A DNA stretch of 62,246 nucleotides, filler included, from Porpidia crustulata (GCA_964255105.1; 6 parts of 6 records of this genome joined end to end with filler, not necessarily neighbours in it), one strand, 5' to 3'. Counted from the first letter of the whole stretch, positions 12,560-26,013 are shown. Notes: a model not told the origin generated them from the letters alone. Made by a program: numbers and translations.

Positions 12560-14254
12560 TTTGATAAAAAAGACATGCAAACATGCATAAATTGGTGGAT
12601 TTGAGAACATCGAGAAATGGAGCAAGGTTTCAAATAATGTATCCAGGAAGGAGGGCAATATGACCCGAGAAATGTAGACTGTAGCACAAGCCTATCTTCA
12701 CTTCTCGGACAGAAATTTGATAGGCGAATTGACATTGTTGCCCGCAGGACTGACGATGTACCTTCCCGGATCACTTTCCAGTTGTGATGCCCAAACTTCC
12801 TCGCACTAACCCCCCAACTGGATAGTCTGTCCGGACTTGAGAGCTCCTACACCAGTAAAATCGCTCTTTCACGATGAGCTGTCGCGTTTACCACCAGTCG
12901 TGCCAGCATGGCAATTATCCTGCCCGCGTTAACCCTGGACCCTTCTTTAATCACTCTTTGTCAACGTCTTTGGTCACTGGTCGGACTGATCGTCAACGCC
13001 TCACAGTACACCCCACGGCCTTTCGTAGTGGCGTACCAGGTATGGAATTGATTGCGTTGATATTTAATGTTGTTGTTGAGAAGTTATCTAGGGGGTGGAA
13101 TAGCAAATAACGGGATACCCCTACTGGCGCACTGACTAAAAATTTTAGATTGCCTGAGGTATAAATTTCATGAACTGCGTCTAGAATCCTTCTAGAAAGT
13201 TACCGCTCATGAAGTAAGAAATCTGACCTAGCTATCACGCTCTCGCGTGCATTGATCGACTTCCCGCCTTGATATATTTCAGGATGTAATCGACCTGGTC
13301 TCGATAATGATTTTGGCTTCAGAGACTAGTCGTGAAATTGATAGAAGTGTCCTGTGTAGTCGAATATGACTTCGATTCAGGCAGACTATGGATTCCCGAC
13401 TGCGGCGGTATCTGTCACCATGATCTAGTCATCACCGGTTAACTGAAGTGCATTTTTGTTTCTCACCAATTCGAGATGACGTTGATAGCTATTTGAACCC
13501 TACTGTAGCGGTCGATGCTAGTGATCTGCTTTCAGGGTACTGCTGGACTTCGCGGCCTTGACAGCAAAATTGTCATCACAATGAGTCTTCTCGTATGATG
13601 AAGCAGCGTCGGCGAAAGGAATACAGATTCGCGTTGATTTTTCTCAATAATCCTCAACTGAAAGCTTTCTCCAGGATTTCTTGACAGGGGAATGCGGCAC
13701 TCGAATCCTGATGATATATGTATCATATAGCTTGCTCCTTATCAACCGATCCGGCAGAAAACAGCTGGTTCAATGCACCATCGCCCTCTGCACCGTTAAT
13801 AACCATCATTCGATCTGTCATGAGAGATCCGTCCCAAATATTTCCTGCCAGCGATGTCCTAGCAGCAATGCCAACTTCAATTAGACCGTAGCATTGTAGC
13901 CCTCCTAGCTTGCACCTTGAAGTCGATAGCAATTAACTCTTCCTTCACCCCCATCCCCCACATCTACGCTTTGTAACATCTTCCTGTGCGACGTCGCATG
14001 GCCTACTTCACGCTGTTGCACAATCTGCGAGCCTCGGTTTCGATGAGGGAAGTCTTCTTTTCGGAAATCATCCTTCAGCAGTTGGACCGCAACAAAATTG
14101 CTATCGTAGAGAATGATCTACAAACTATCTCAGCTCCGGTGTGCTTTCTCAATACAATGATGAGGTAATGCTGTATTCTGTTGCAATTCTCTTCAGATGG
14201 ACGGTGCCTGTGTAGTGTCCCCACACACTGCATTTCCTACCTCCTGCACAATTC

Positions 14255-17200
14255 CTTACTTCCCATTCAGACCCTCGATCCACTTCGCCCCAGTCGCATC
14301 CTCACATCTCAGCCTTCGTTCAACTCCCCCATCAACTCCGCCTCCCACAAACTTCACCATTTCCCTCATCTACAGTAACGGCAAAATCCCCCATAGAAAG
14401 AAACTCATGCTCCAGAACACAAGTCTGATAAGCTGAAGGAACATCCGGCAGCCCGGCCAAAGCGTCTGCGGACAGACCCCGCAACCTTTCAAAACACGGC
14501 TCGCAGAAATCTACATCCGAAAAATCAAGGCAGTGATATATCGGGTCCAAGATATCAGATTCTCCCTGCGTGGTCCACAGACAAGAGTCACAGCACCGTG
14601 GACAAGTCAATTGATCAGTCGACGTTGCAGAGGCTGTAGGTCGGAATTTACCCACACGCGGCCTAGTAGCACTCTCGCTCTCTGACGAGTCTACCGGGCG
14701 TTGAGTCCTTTCATGTTGCTTCAATCAAGCGGCGATGTGAGGTTTCTTAGCATCAGCACGAATTAGCATCTCGGATTCGATGGGCATGTTGAAGAACGCC
14801 AGAAATAGAGCGACGATATGTCGGTAGGGGGTTTTCGCCGCGTCCCTACTACCGAGCAGCCCGAGCAGCCAGAGGATTTCGCCATGCGTTCGGAGGGTCT
14901 CTTCGAGGAAGGTTATGTGTTGGGCTAGAGAGGCGGTGAGGATGTCGTCAATGATTAAGTCGAGGGTTTGCCGCGCTTCTCGAAGACGCTCTTGCTTCTG
15001 ATATACGTGTGCCAATCGGTATTTCGTCACATGCGTAAGGATATGGAGGGGTCCTAAGGCTTCTCCTCGAAGCTTTACGCATTCCGCGAATATCTCTGCG
15101 GCGATTGAGAGCTTTTCCGGCTGTTGCATACTTGCAGATGCTAATATGAGGAGCAAGTCCAATGTCTCTAAATGTTTCGGGCCTAGAGTTTTGCTTTTGT
15201 GGGTATAAGCTTGCCGATAAAACGGTTCTGCTTCAGCATTCTTTCCTTGCCCTTGGAGGCACTGTCCAACAGTCATGATCGATATCATGGTGTCGTCATG
15301 ACCCTTTCCATGCATCATCTCCTGAATCTTCAAACAGGCTCGGAAACGTATCTTCAGCTTCGGCCAATTTCCCTTGGAGCCAAAGCGTTCTTGCAAGGAA
15401 ATGGGTTGCCCAAATTAGATCAATTTTATTGGGATTGCTCATCTTTTGACAAATCACTAAAGCCTCGCAGAAGATTGCTTCAGCCTTCGAGAAGCAATTG
15501 AGCGCTTCTATGGTTAGCCAAGATCGCGAGATATGGACGAAGCAAATGGGCTTTCAACACCAAGAACTTTTTTACGGCCCTCATATGTATGCCAGAATGA
15601 TTTCTCGGCATCTTCGTATCTGTTCTGTTGTCGAAGTAAATGCCCAAGTAGAAGTTGGTCGAGGAGCGTATCAAAATTTTGAATGCCCAGTTCATCATTC
15701 CGCTATGTGATAATTTCCCTTATAAGCGTTTTCCCTTCATCCGGTCGCGACTGGCATTTTAAAATAACTGCTAAAGTATGCTTGTAGTTCATGATCATAG
15801 CATCTTCGGCAAAATAGGATCCCCAAATCCTATCATCAACAGCTTCCTGGCAATACTTTTCCACCTCTGTGTAGCGGGCTTGGTCTTTGTATTAAGGAGT
15901 CAACCCATATTTCGTGTGCATGGTGTCAAAATTTTCAGGTCCTAGAAGCAAAGCTCGATTATTGAGGATATACCGGTAAATGGATTCTGATTCCTTGAAA
16001 TTGGACTGTTCTCGGACCGCAATATCAAGGCCATGAGAAGCGCATAAACGAATCTCATGTGTATACACGGAGTGGCCATCGAAGAGAATCAATGCTCGGC
16101 GATATTTGGTTTCGGCACTGGCATGATCCTCCAAGTCTACAAAAGTGTTGCTCAGGTCATTTAACACCAAAGCTGTCCAAATCTGATCCGCAGCAGAACA
16201 TTTCTCGAATTCTGTAAATGAAGCGATAAGACAAGTCTCGAGGCCCTTGAAACCATTGTCTTGTTTGCAACTGATCACGATCTCAGGAAGATAAGTATTG
16301 TACGTCACGAGCATTGGCTCCGATCGCCACTTCCTCCTTTGTCTCATGGGCTTCGCAAAGGACTGAGCTGCTTCATTTAAAAGTCTACTTTCTAGCAAGA
16401 ACTTTGCAAACTCCGTTTCAGCGTGTAGGATATTCGGATGATGCTCTTCGCTTCGACTATTTCGCAGCGCATTTGAAACGTTAATAAACAGATTCTCGGC
16501 CTTCTCTGATCTTCCTTGCTTCCCTACCACTCGGGCTAGATGCAATTTTAGATGTAATTTTTGCAGGTCTATCCTCCCTTTGGTCTCTTCGTAGGAGGCT
16601 AGTCCCTTTCGAATAATACGCTCTGCTTCCTTTAGCTGTTCCGAACGCGGGACCGAAGAATCTTGATCCGGGGGCAAGGGAAATGCTGCCTCTTCGGTTA
16701 TCCCTTTTTCGTTAAGGGCATATGCCTTCTTGATGGTAGAACGAATCAGGTGAAGTAGTTTGCCGGTATACAGGGCTACAATATTTGAACCATTTAGATA
16801 CAAATACCCCGATAATGCATAGTCCAGTTTGACGCGACCATGAGGGTAATTGAACCCTAAATAATTCTCCGTAGTCTGGATTGCCTGGTCCAGAACCTCC
16901 TTGATCTTGCCGAGTTCTTTGTCAAACTTCTTCGGAACAAAATCGACCGCATTGTTTCTTCTCGAAATAGAGGGGGTCAATCGTCTTTGGCTAGCGACAT
17001 CTGTTCATTGATTCTTTCCGCATCTTTGTAGCGTTTCTGCTTGTTGTAAATCTGTCCTAACAACATTTGCATTCCATTTATACAAACAGTGTAAGAAATG
17101 CTACTATCGCATCGCTCAAGTCCTTTAATGAGAGTCTTGAGAGCCTGATCATAATTCTTGACACGGTATTGAAGAAATGCCAATTTCATTTTACATGTGA

Positions 17201-20200
17201 GGGTTCTAGTACTCGAAGGGCCATACAATCTAGCATATCTATCTGCTGTTTGACTGAACAATAATTCAGCCTCGATGTACTTATTCTGCAGTTCAAGCAG
17301 CCTCGCACTCAGATAATCTGTCGCGACAGTCAACCAGTGATTTTCTCCGTAAATCCGATCGACAAGAACTCTCATTCTAGACAGATTAAACTCAGCTTTC
17401 GGGAAAGCCTTCATTTCGAGTTATATGACGATGAGATGTTGTTGAGTCTGAATAGTGTTTAAATGACTCGGTCCGTTTAGCTGGAGGTTACCGTCCATAA
17501 CCGCCTGTGCATGGAGCAATGCCGTATCGTATTACTCACGATCATAGAACACGCCTGAAAGTTGGGACATGACGTTCAGAACAGGCTGTCGGTTCGTACC
17601 GTAGTAACTGTGCATAACAAGGATGCCCTCCTGAAGATAATCTTTGGCTCCCTCGAAAAAGCCCTCTCTTTTGCGTAGTTCACCGATGCGTATTAATGCA
17701 CGACCTCGTGAGTAGCTATCGGATGGTATTAGCTTAGAAACTATCATCGCTTGATTGGTAAATGATACCTCGAGATCGTATTGGTGTGTTCGACTATAGA
17801 AAGCAGACACTCTGATGATTATATTTCATGTTTCTTCTTCAGTATCGGGATGTGTTGTTGTCCTGCCTGGTAGTGCCCGAGCACATATTAATATGGCCAG
17901 CTGTTGTTATTTTTGCCTAACATAGAATCCTGCAATTTTCATCCCGGATTGAAAAAGTGATGCAACGCCAGGCAATTCCTCGACCGAGAGGCTCTTCTGA
18001 CAGATTTCAATGCAGGCATTAATATTTGAGAGGAACCGTTTCGTCCATGTCATGGAAAATTGTTTAAACTTCCTAAATCTTGATGAGGGTAGAAATCTTG
18101 CGAAAAGGTTTAGGGCTTCTATAACGTATTCACGTCGGTTTTCAGGCGTGAGACGGAGTTTGGACTAGTCTTTAGCCAATGGATGGAGCGAGTATGATAT
18201 CTTACCGTTATCATGGCGTTGAACGGTCTGCAGCATCGAAAGCTTCTTCAGCTCGATAAGAGTATCGTCCAGATCAATTTCGTTGGAGCCTGTGAAGAAT
18301 GTCGTCTCCCCAGTGGTTTCGGCGGAAGAGTGATTGGGGTCGAAGTAGGGATCGATTATTTGAGAAGAGAGCTGGCTATGGTCAAAGAAAGCAGATAGTA
18401 TCAAAAGCCTCTGCTTTGCAACACGCTCCTCTGGGCTTCCTTGTATACTAACGAATAACATATTCCAGGCTGTGAATACGCTAAGGGTTGTTTCGAGCTC
18501 GCTGTCAGTCAACTTTCGTCGATATTGCCAAACCGAAGCCTCTGAGATTCCTGGATATGATATTGATTTAGACCCCAATGATTTATTAGCATATAAGCTA
18601 CAGCTTGATCAACGGCCAATGCTAGATGACCTAGGAGTTCTACGATAGTGTTTCCAAGCCTGCGATTATCTTCGTTGTTGTCATACCCACTCCGTTGCAG
18701 GAGAAGGTCTGTTGCTTAGATTGGTGATAGAGCGGGGACTCCGGCACTGTATCCTAGAAGTTTTGATGTTTCGTTCCTGCTTGTAACCAATATGAAGCCT
18801 TGTTCACTCATTGGCCAATAACCACCCAGAAGCCCGTTTCTAAAGGCGTGCGGATCATCGAAATTGTCGAATACAAGCAGTCACTTATTGTCATATTTTT
18901 CAAGCAGCGATGTTTTCATCTGGGATACAAGAGTCTTGATGTGGATCGGTTTACGAGATGTTTCCTCAAACAGATCATCGCTAATATCTTGTTTCAAATA
19001 AGTCAGCTTTTTCAAAATATCAACCAAACTCTGCTTCACTGATCTGGGGAAACTAGCATCTACCCCAAAATTTGCGTTCACCCTTTGCTCCGTTTCTCAG
19101 ATTCGACAACATTGTAGAGCAGCTAATAATTTCCCAGTACCGCCCACAAGTCTTGGCGTAGAATGGCATACTGAAGCCGATTTAAATCCTATGAGTAAGT
19201 TTTATGACTCAACGGTAGCTCCAATTAAAGGCAAATATCAGTGATCTTCACGTTGTATTGACGCAAGACATTTATTCATTTCATAGCAATAAGTAGGCAA
19301 ATCATAGTAGATCTAGTCTGTAGAAGATATATGATATAGCGCACTACTCATATCACCAACAATGTGGTATAATACCATGCACATGAAGCCCATTGGACGA
19401 CAAGTTATCATAAGTAGTGGTAACGTATAAGAAAAAAATATTTGGAGGTCAATGAAGTAGTTTACTAGACTTCATCAGGTGTGGCTTTCATCTTCTGAGT
19501 TGATAGAGGCATATCTGATGAGGGAGTCTTCGATATTTTATTGACATACTGATCACGTGTATGTCGAATATTAGGCTTGATAAGGTAAGAGCTTGTACTG
19601 ACTAGATCTTCTCCCGCGAGCTTTCTATCTACTCTTGAAGTTCAACCTCCGTCGAATCATGCGATACGGAGAATCTATAAAGCTGGTTTGCGGCTATCAA
19701 GTTTCTATGATCAGCAGCAAATCTATTGCCTTCATTGTCGACGTCCGTCGCTATTTTCTTGAGGACACGAACGACTCTAAGAAAATTTGAATCTTGCGAT
19801 ATAGAAGGCCCAGGAGCTTGATCAATTCGAATAGCGAGCAGAACAGCATTCTCCATCGGTCCGATCAAAGATCTGTAGCTTCGTTAGAAACTAGGCCGAC
19901 CGGGTTATTGTATCTCATCGCGTCATCTACAAACCGTACCGATCCCCGGTCAATTGTGATAGGGTCAAAGAATGTAGTTGCCGCTTCCCATAACTTGCAC
20001 TCGGCGTGTAGAATCATGTGTTCTTTTTGGTTGTTGTAGGTCCGTAAGGCTCGGTCGTGTATATTGCTTGCACTGCATATATAAAGCTGTTGATCTTTTT
20101 GTTAATAGGTTTTTCTCTGTAGAGAAGGAAAGTACTGACACCTTGTAGGAGGTCACTTCATCGTCTCAAAGTAATATTTCTCGGCTTCTTCCCTCATTAT

Positions 20201-20716
20201 GTATTCCATGCCTTGCTTGCTTTCAATAATAACATCCACAACAAAACTTTCCAATCCCTTGTGATCGAACTTGCCGCTCGCTTTCCATTTGTCCTTGGCT
20301 CGATCAAGAAGATTTAGCTCTGTCCGCTTCGGTGTAAATATGCTCTCCGACAGCCGCAGGTACGCAGCTTCGCAATCATCAAGAGCCATTCGAATACGAC
20401 CAAGCAAAATAGCGAGCAAGCCACCGGTGCTGGTACCACCCATCATGTCAAAGAACTGCCAGGGCTGAAGCTGGCTATCACCCGGACGATTGAAGTTGAC
20501 TGCCCGCGTGACATCCTGGAGGACTTTAACGGACGAGAGGCCGCCGACTCCTGGGCCATCGAGCGAGAGGAGCCATAGGCGACGGCCTCTTGTAAGGTAG
20601 TCATCTCTCCCTTATAATGATGAATGACGTCAGTCCGAAGGTTGAGCCTTACCCGTGATCGCGACGGCCCGCGCTGCGCTAGGGAGGGTCGGGCGGGAGT
20701 AAAGCGGCGGCCACTC
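14255..20716 (-). pseudogene. Patatin-like phospholipase - NB-ARC - TPR NLR pseudogene with C-terminal ZZ-like Cys motif; 5' end cut by contig end
   Basis: Patatin: LLSLDGPGVGGLS, FDMMGGTSTGGLLAILLGR, ATTFFDPI..RFVDDA..YNNPV. NB-ARC: Walker A remnant GGTGK (19130-19144), *LLVFDNFDD, ILVTSR, LGHLALAVDQA, YSLHPL. TPRs in ORFs 14725-17810 (LGPKHLETL, YGENHWLT). CDSC..YHC..DVDFCEPC at 14500-14600. Many stops and frameshifts. Confidence 0.88.
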
Positions 20717-20816
20717 NNNNNNNNNNNNNNNNNNNNNNNNNNNNNNNNNNNNNNNNNNNNTTAATTAATTAANNNNNNNNNNNNNNNNNNNNNNNNNNNN
20801 NNNNNNNNNNNNNNNN
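20717..20816. other. Artificial contig linker
   Basis: N44-TTAATTAATTAA-N44. Confidence 0.98.
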
Positions 20817-21330
20817 GGATTGGTGGATTGGTTGGAGGGAGGAAGAGAGGGGACTTGTAATGGAACAGAGAGAGGATGGTGATATCAGTGCATTAGCAAA
20901 GGGTTGGGAGACGGGTTGTCTATTTCGAAGGGAAGAGAGGCGCGTCGAAATTCGCTGTGTGGTCGTTGATTAAGGAATAGAGAATTTTGGAAAAGGGTTT
21001 ACGAGGCGTATGGAATGAGTGAGATATTTGTTTGATGGGAAGTTTAGTAATGACTGGAGATTGCTTTAGCCCAGTGGGAAGGGTATGATAGCTGAGATGG
21101 TGCGAAGTCTACACAATCATCGTGCTGGTGGTTGACGATGACCGGCGTGGTGATAATTTGATCAGGTAAGGGAATTCTAGTGGCCGGAAAGCTCTGCGAA
21201 AATCTCAGTTGCCCACCGCAAGTAATTCAATCTATCCAAGAACAGGACTGAGCTGAGACAACCCAAAAAGGCCTTTGGAAAAATCATAGTATGATGAAAG
21301 TGCCTCTTTACACAACCTTCCACATTCTCA

Positions 21331-22331
21331 CTACCGCTGACCGCCCGGGTAAACCGTCCTAGTCGCCGTAACCGTACAGTAACACTGAGAACGGGAACTC
21401 GTGCTCGACGAAGATATTGAGCTGGTAGTGGTAAGGGACGAGGAGGAAGAGGGATAGGCGATTCTGGTCATGGTTACGGTGCTGTAGCACTGGCTGCTGG
21501 AGCTAGTGCCTGCGATCAACGTGGAACTGGTCGAGGAACCGAGACTGCTCGAAGCTAGGGAGCTGGACAATGATGCCAAAGTGCTCACGGATGTAGATGT
21601 AAAGCTTGAGCTTGATAGCGCACTCCTGCATCCGCTTTGCCACCCGTTGGAGACTAGACAATTGTTCCATTCCAGTCAGAGCGTGGCAACGAGACGGCGG
21701 ACCTGGAAGTATGGCAATGGGAAAAATACTTACTGGCCATCGTCTGTCCCACAGTATCTAGAGAATGTTACCCCCAAAAACATCCGCGACCGGGCTTTGA
21801 TGCACCTTACCCATATTGACTGCAGCAGGAGCCATAGCCCAGACTCGGGTTGCAGGCCGTGTTTCCGTTCTATAAACCGCAACTACTGTCCGTACTATAC
21901 ACGATGGTGCTATTTGGAGACGCAGCGCTCGAGGACGAGGGAGAGGAAGCTAAGGTATCGTTCCGGCACGTATTCTGACATCCCATAGAGACTAAGCAAT
22001 TGAAGTACCCCGGGTCAGTTTTGTTATGTTATTTGGGAACGACACTTACTGAGCATTTTCGCTCCTACAGTATCTGTAATACATGATTAGCTGTGCGCAA
22101 TGGACGCATTAAATGGAAAAGGGTGTCTACCCGTATCGACTGCAGCACAATCCATAACCCAAGCTCGGATTGCAGACGGTGTTTCCGTTCTACGTTCCGC
22201 AGGTACTACTGGAATTGTATACCACTGCGCTATTGGAAGATGCGGGACTGTAGCTGGTAGATGTGGAGGCGATTGCGCTTCGTGTGAGGACAAGCGTGGT
22301 GGTGATGGTAAAGAAAGTCTTTCGTAAAATA
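21331..22331 (-). pseudogene. Secreted chitin-binding protein with two hevein-like (CBM18) domains and Ser/Thr-rich tail; disrupted
   Basis: Spliced translation: hydrophobic leader, CGT*NGNTVCNPSLGYGLCCSRYG|YCRSENAH|CLVSMGCQNTC and CGL*NGNTACNPSLGYGSCCSQYG|YCGTDDGH|CLVSNGWQSGC, then the S/T-rich ORF 21331-21588. TAG at 22190-22192 and 21870-21872; no ATG at the expected start. Confidence 0.85.
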
Positions 22332-22726
22332 GATCAACAGATGCGATTCTCTGCTAATAGCTCTCAGGACGATAAGGTCGTAGAGAGCTGTTCGATTAAA
22401 GCGCAAAGGATTGCCCTGTCAAAAGATTTGGTAAGTTGGCGGACAAACGAATATTCCACGAGGAGGGTGGGGAATGCTGTTGAGTGAACGTCGACGATTA
22501 TAGAAAAGAGACATCATCGTAAGGCTTAAGATCCTCAGTTACAGAAAGCTGTACTCTTTGTTCTGCGTCAGCTATTGTCTGTTCTCTCCATGATCTTCTT
22601 TGCACCAGTCGCTCAGGCAGAATTTGAGATGCTTCCGGTGAGATGTCTCGAGTTTCCGAGATGCAGAATCTCAAGAAAATCACAATGTCTTCAAAATCAT
22701 TGAACCATATACGACAAGACGTCGCC

Positions 22727-23596
22727 TTAGAGCTCATCGTGCAGAGGGATAGTTACAAGGTATAAGATCGCAGACGATACCGTAGAAGATAAAGTGGCAA
22801 AGGCTCGGATGCGCCGAGTATCTGCTGGAATAGGACTGACGCTTGCGCTACTACAGTTGGTACACTCATTGGTGCCGTTTGAGAGTGCAGCAAACCTGGC
22901 AATCTTATTAGAATGCTTGGAGCACTGACAACCAAAGGTCGCTTACGATGCAGGAGCCTGGCTGGTGTCTTGACTGACTCCCATGGCTTCAATTGTCAAA
23001 TCTCGTGCAAAGATACTCGTATGATTATCGGGTGTCGTAATCACGGCCGCAACTCCGAGATGCCCAATCTCGAGTGAGGCTCTCTGTCCGGCGCTGAAAT
23101 TGATCTGCGACATTATTGCGCCTGCCTTTGCAGATCCTTCGTTCACGTACGCCTTTGCCAATGAGCTGAAGTATTCGTAATCTACGCAGTAGGCAGCGTG
23201 TCTTGCAGCAAATGTATCAATAGAGCTAGTGTTGATGGAGACGCAGATCTGGTTTGGCGGGCATTCAGCGTCATACCACTCAATCGATTGGCCATAAGGG
23301 GTGATGCAGGAGACTGTAAGAGCCTGGGGAGAGACATAAGGCCTGCAAACAGCGTCGTTGTATGCATGGTTCGGTGGACAAGACGTCTGCTTGTGGGTGA
23401 GACTACGCTTCCCTTTCTTACCCGGGGAGTCCTCTGAAGCTGACGATTTGACGACTCGTAGAGATGTGACGGAGGGATCACCGAAATCGGGCAGCTTCTC
23501 ATTGCCTTGAGGCTCATATCTTGCCAGAAGGTCAGCCGATACACTAGCACATTTAGTTGAGAAGATGTCAGAAAGTTCATAACTCTTGAGTATCAT
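22727..23596 (-). CDS. Cys-rich secretory-pathway protein with KR processing site and C-terminal HDEL (exons 23596-22947, 22895-22727; true start uncertain)
   Basis: A 51-nt GTAAGC...CTAAT...CAG intron (22946-22896) removes the ORF stop and continues FAALSNGTNECTNCSS...LVTIPLHDEL*; 8 Cys after KKGKR. No clear signal peptide in the modelled N-terminus. Confidence 0.65.
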
Positions 23597-25204
23597 CGAG
23601 GTTCGATAGCAGAGTAGAATAGTACGAAATGAAGCAAAAAAACAGTTCTAGCAACAGATTTGTAGATTCTGAGAATAGCACTCACAAAATACTCTCAGTT
23701 TGTGTTTTTGCATGCCCAGGGTCAGGTAGCTCTGTGATATATGAGATTGCAGCAGCATTGAGAAGTACGGGATATGAAAAGATGAGTATAGCGTAGCAAA
23801 AGCGCATAATGAAGAGCTATGGAGAGAACATTCAAATATCTCCGCAGAAAAGTCGGAGAAAAGCACGGAGATTTATTCAATTGCACGTCCCCGCGGAAAT
23901 TCGGATAATCTATCTGCATTAATCCTATTACAGGTACAAGCGACTGCCGATTGCCACAAGCGTTGCCGCAGGTTATTTCGAGCCGAGTTATTGCAGAGCG
24001 GATCCGCAAAGGTCCATAGGCTCAGCCATAGGTTGCGAGCCGCTAGATGGACCATGGTGTCAAGATTTTGTAGATGGCTTGTAGCCTCGAGTAGTCGTCT
24101 CCAATTTGCCGTCAGGAGACACCATGCCTATTGGGCGCGTCGACTGGGTACTACACGTATGAACAACCGAAGGACCCTTGTGAGAGAAGTTGAAGTAGTT
24201 GGCCCTCCACTCTGCACACGCGGACATATAGTTCGAGACGCAGAGACGGCTGGAATTGTTGGGAGTAGGGCGTCGGCTGTTGCACGTTTATTTGATACAA
24301 CCGTGGTAGTCAGACTCAAGAATGTTCAATGAAGCTGAGAGATTTGTTAAGCCAAGTCGTACGTCTGGCTTCATGATTAGAAGAAAAGACTTTGGATCAG
24401 CAACGACGTGGCTCTTTGCGTCTCTTACATGATCCGACACTCTTGCTTGGCGGTCGGGCTGGTATGGCTTTGTATGTGACAGTCATTGATATGCAGAGCT
24501 CAAAGTAAGAGTCGATATGATGGCTGATCATAGTCGGTGAAGCTGAAGAATCCTTGATTGTAAGGTAGAGTGGAAGAAATGCCGGAAGCGTTCTTGTTCG
24601 ACTTTCTTTGTACTCTACGGTTCGGGCTTGACAGTTGTTTTAGCGCTACGGTGGCCCGTTCAGGGACGAAGACGAGTGAGGTAGTTCCCACGGTCCTTCC
24701 AAAGACTGGCGTTTTCTCTCTCTCTTGAACTTTCATCTAATTTCTACAATTAGGCGCGAAGAAACCCGAGACCAGTAGTATGAGACCAGTACAGAGAAGT
24801 CGGTCCAGGTATGAATCAAACAATGTCACGTGGGATAGAGACGGGACACCGTACAGAGGGATAACAAGAAATCAGGTTCGAAGAAAAGAGGTTGGGTACG
24901 AAGAACAGAGGAACGCAGCTTTGGACATGATTAGTAGCGATAGACTTATTATATAACTCCAAATGGAGGAGATATCCCAAGAAGGAGTATCCTCAATGCT
25001 CGATGTCTGCTATACCAACTATCGGGAAAGCATTACGGCTGCTTTAAGAACGGCTCTTCGATAGAAAATCATATTGTGCTACTAAGATTCGGATAGATTA
25101 ACGTTTCTACTAGATCTAACCACGGAGATGTGCTCTAGGCCTTTTCCTTCACACATAGTAGTAGTAATCTCCGTCTTTCTTTCTACTTGGGTTAAACTAA
25201 GGTA

Positions 25205-26013
25205 TTAAGGCGTGACGGCCGGGTCCCAACCCATGACCCAAGCGCCCTCGCCCACTATCACCTCAAGCTCCCCAGCGGGAAATTGAGACACCTCCTTGAG
25301 ACCTGCTCTCTCGTACCACTTCTTGTTGTGATCGCCACAAACCAGCCGAACACAGGATTTGTCTTTCCTGGCTCGCTCTTTACCCTCATCCACCAGCATC
25401 TTTCCGACACCTTTGCCTTGAAAGTGCGGGTCTACGCAGAGGAGATGTAACTGCCATCGCTCCTGCTCAAACTCGTAACCGTTATCGGACATCATGACGG
25501 CTAGATGTGCCGGATCGTTGGATTGGTATAGGTTGAAGGACGTTTTATATTGAATCTCAACATTCAGAAGGAGCCGATTGAGTTCTAAGTGGAGGTACTT
25601 TAGCTCATTTCGAATAATCTCGACATTTTACTCTACCAAAAGCGATGCTTAACACCCTTGATTAAGAAGTGGCTGATGAACCATTCGAGCATACTCTGCA
25701 AATAAGTTTCCTGCTCCCTCTGCTGTTGCAGTGCCGCCTCCTCGACACCCCACCGACGCCAGAAAGCAGAACCTACTACCTTCTTCTTACCATCGGCTCC
25801 TACATCTCCAGGGTCTGTTTCAGCAACCATAACCACACTTCCTGGCGCCAGATACCGCCGCTTCAGGTCGTCCAAGGACCATCTACGGTGCGAGTCCGGA
25901 TACTCATGACGATAGGGATGCAGATAGTCCGAGAGACGATCAGTCTCAAACGCTCCCCTAAAGCAAGCAGCCGCGTCTGGGAGGTCATTGATATTGGCTC
26001 GTCTGAGGTGCAT
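25205..26013 (-). CDS. GNAT N-acetyltransferase (exons 26013-25695, 25584-25205)
   Basis: MHLRRANINDLP.., VVGSAFWRR, LHLLCVDPHFQGKGVGKMLV (motif A), WYERAGL; GTATGC...TAG intron keeps frame. Confidence 0.9.

Noticed and set aside
23873..24736. Cys-containing reading fragments upstream of the HDEL gene
   Set aside because: Stops in all frames and no recognisable family pattern.
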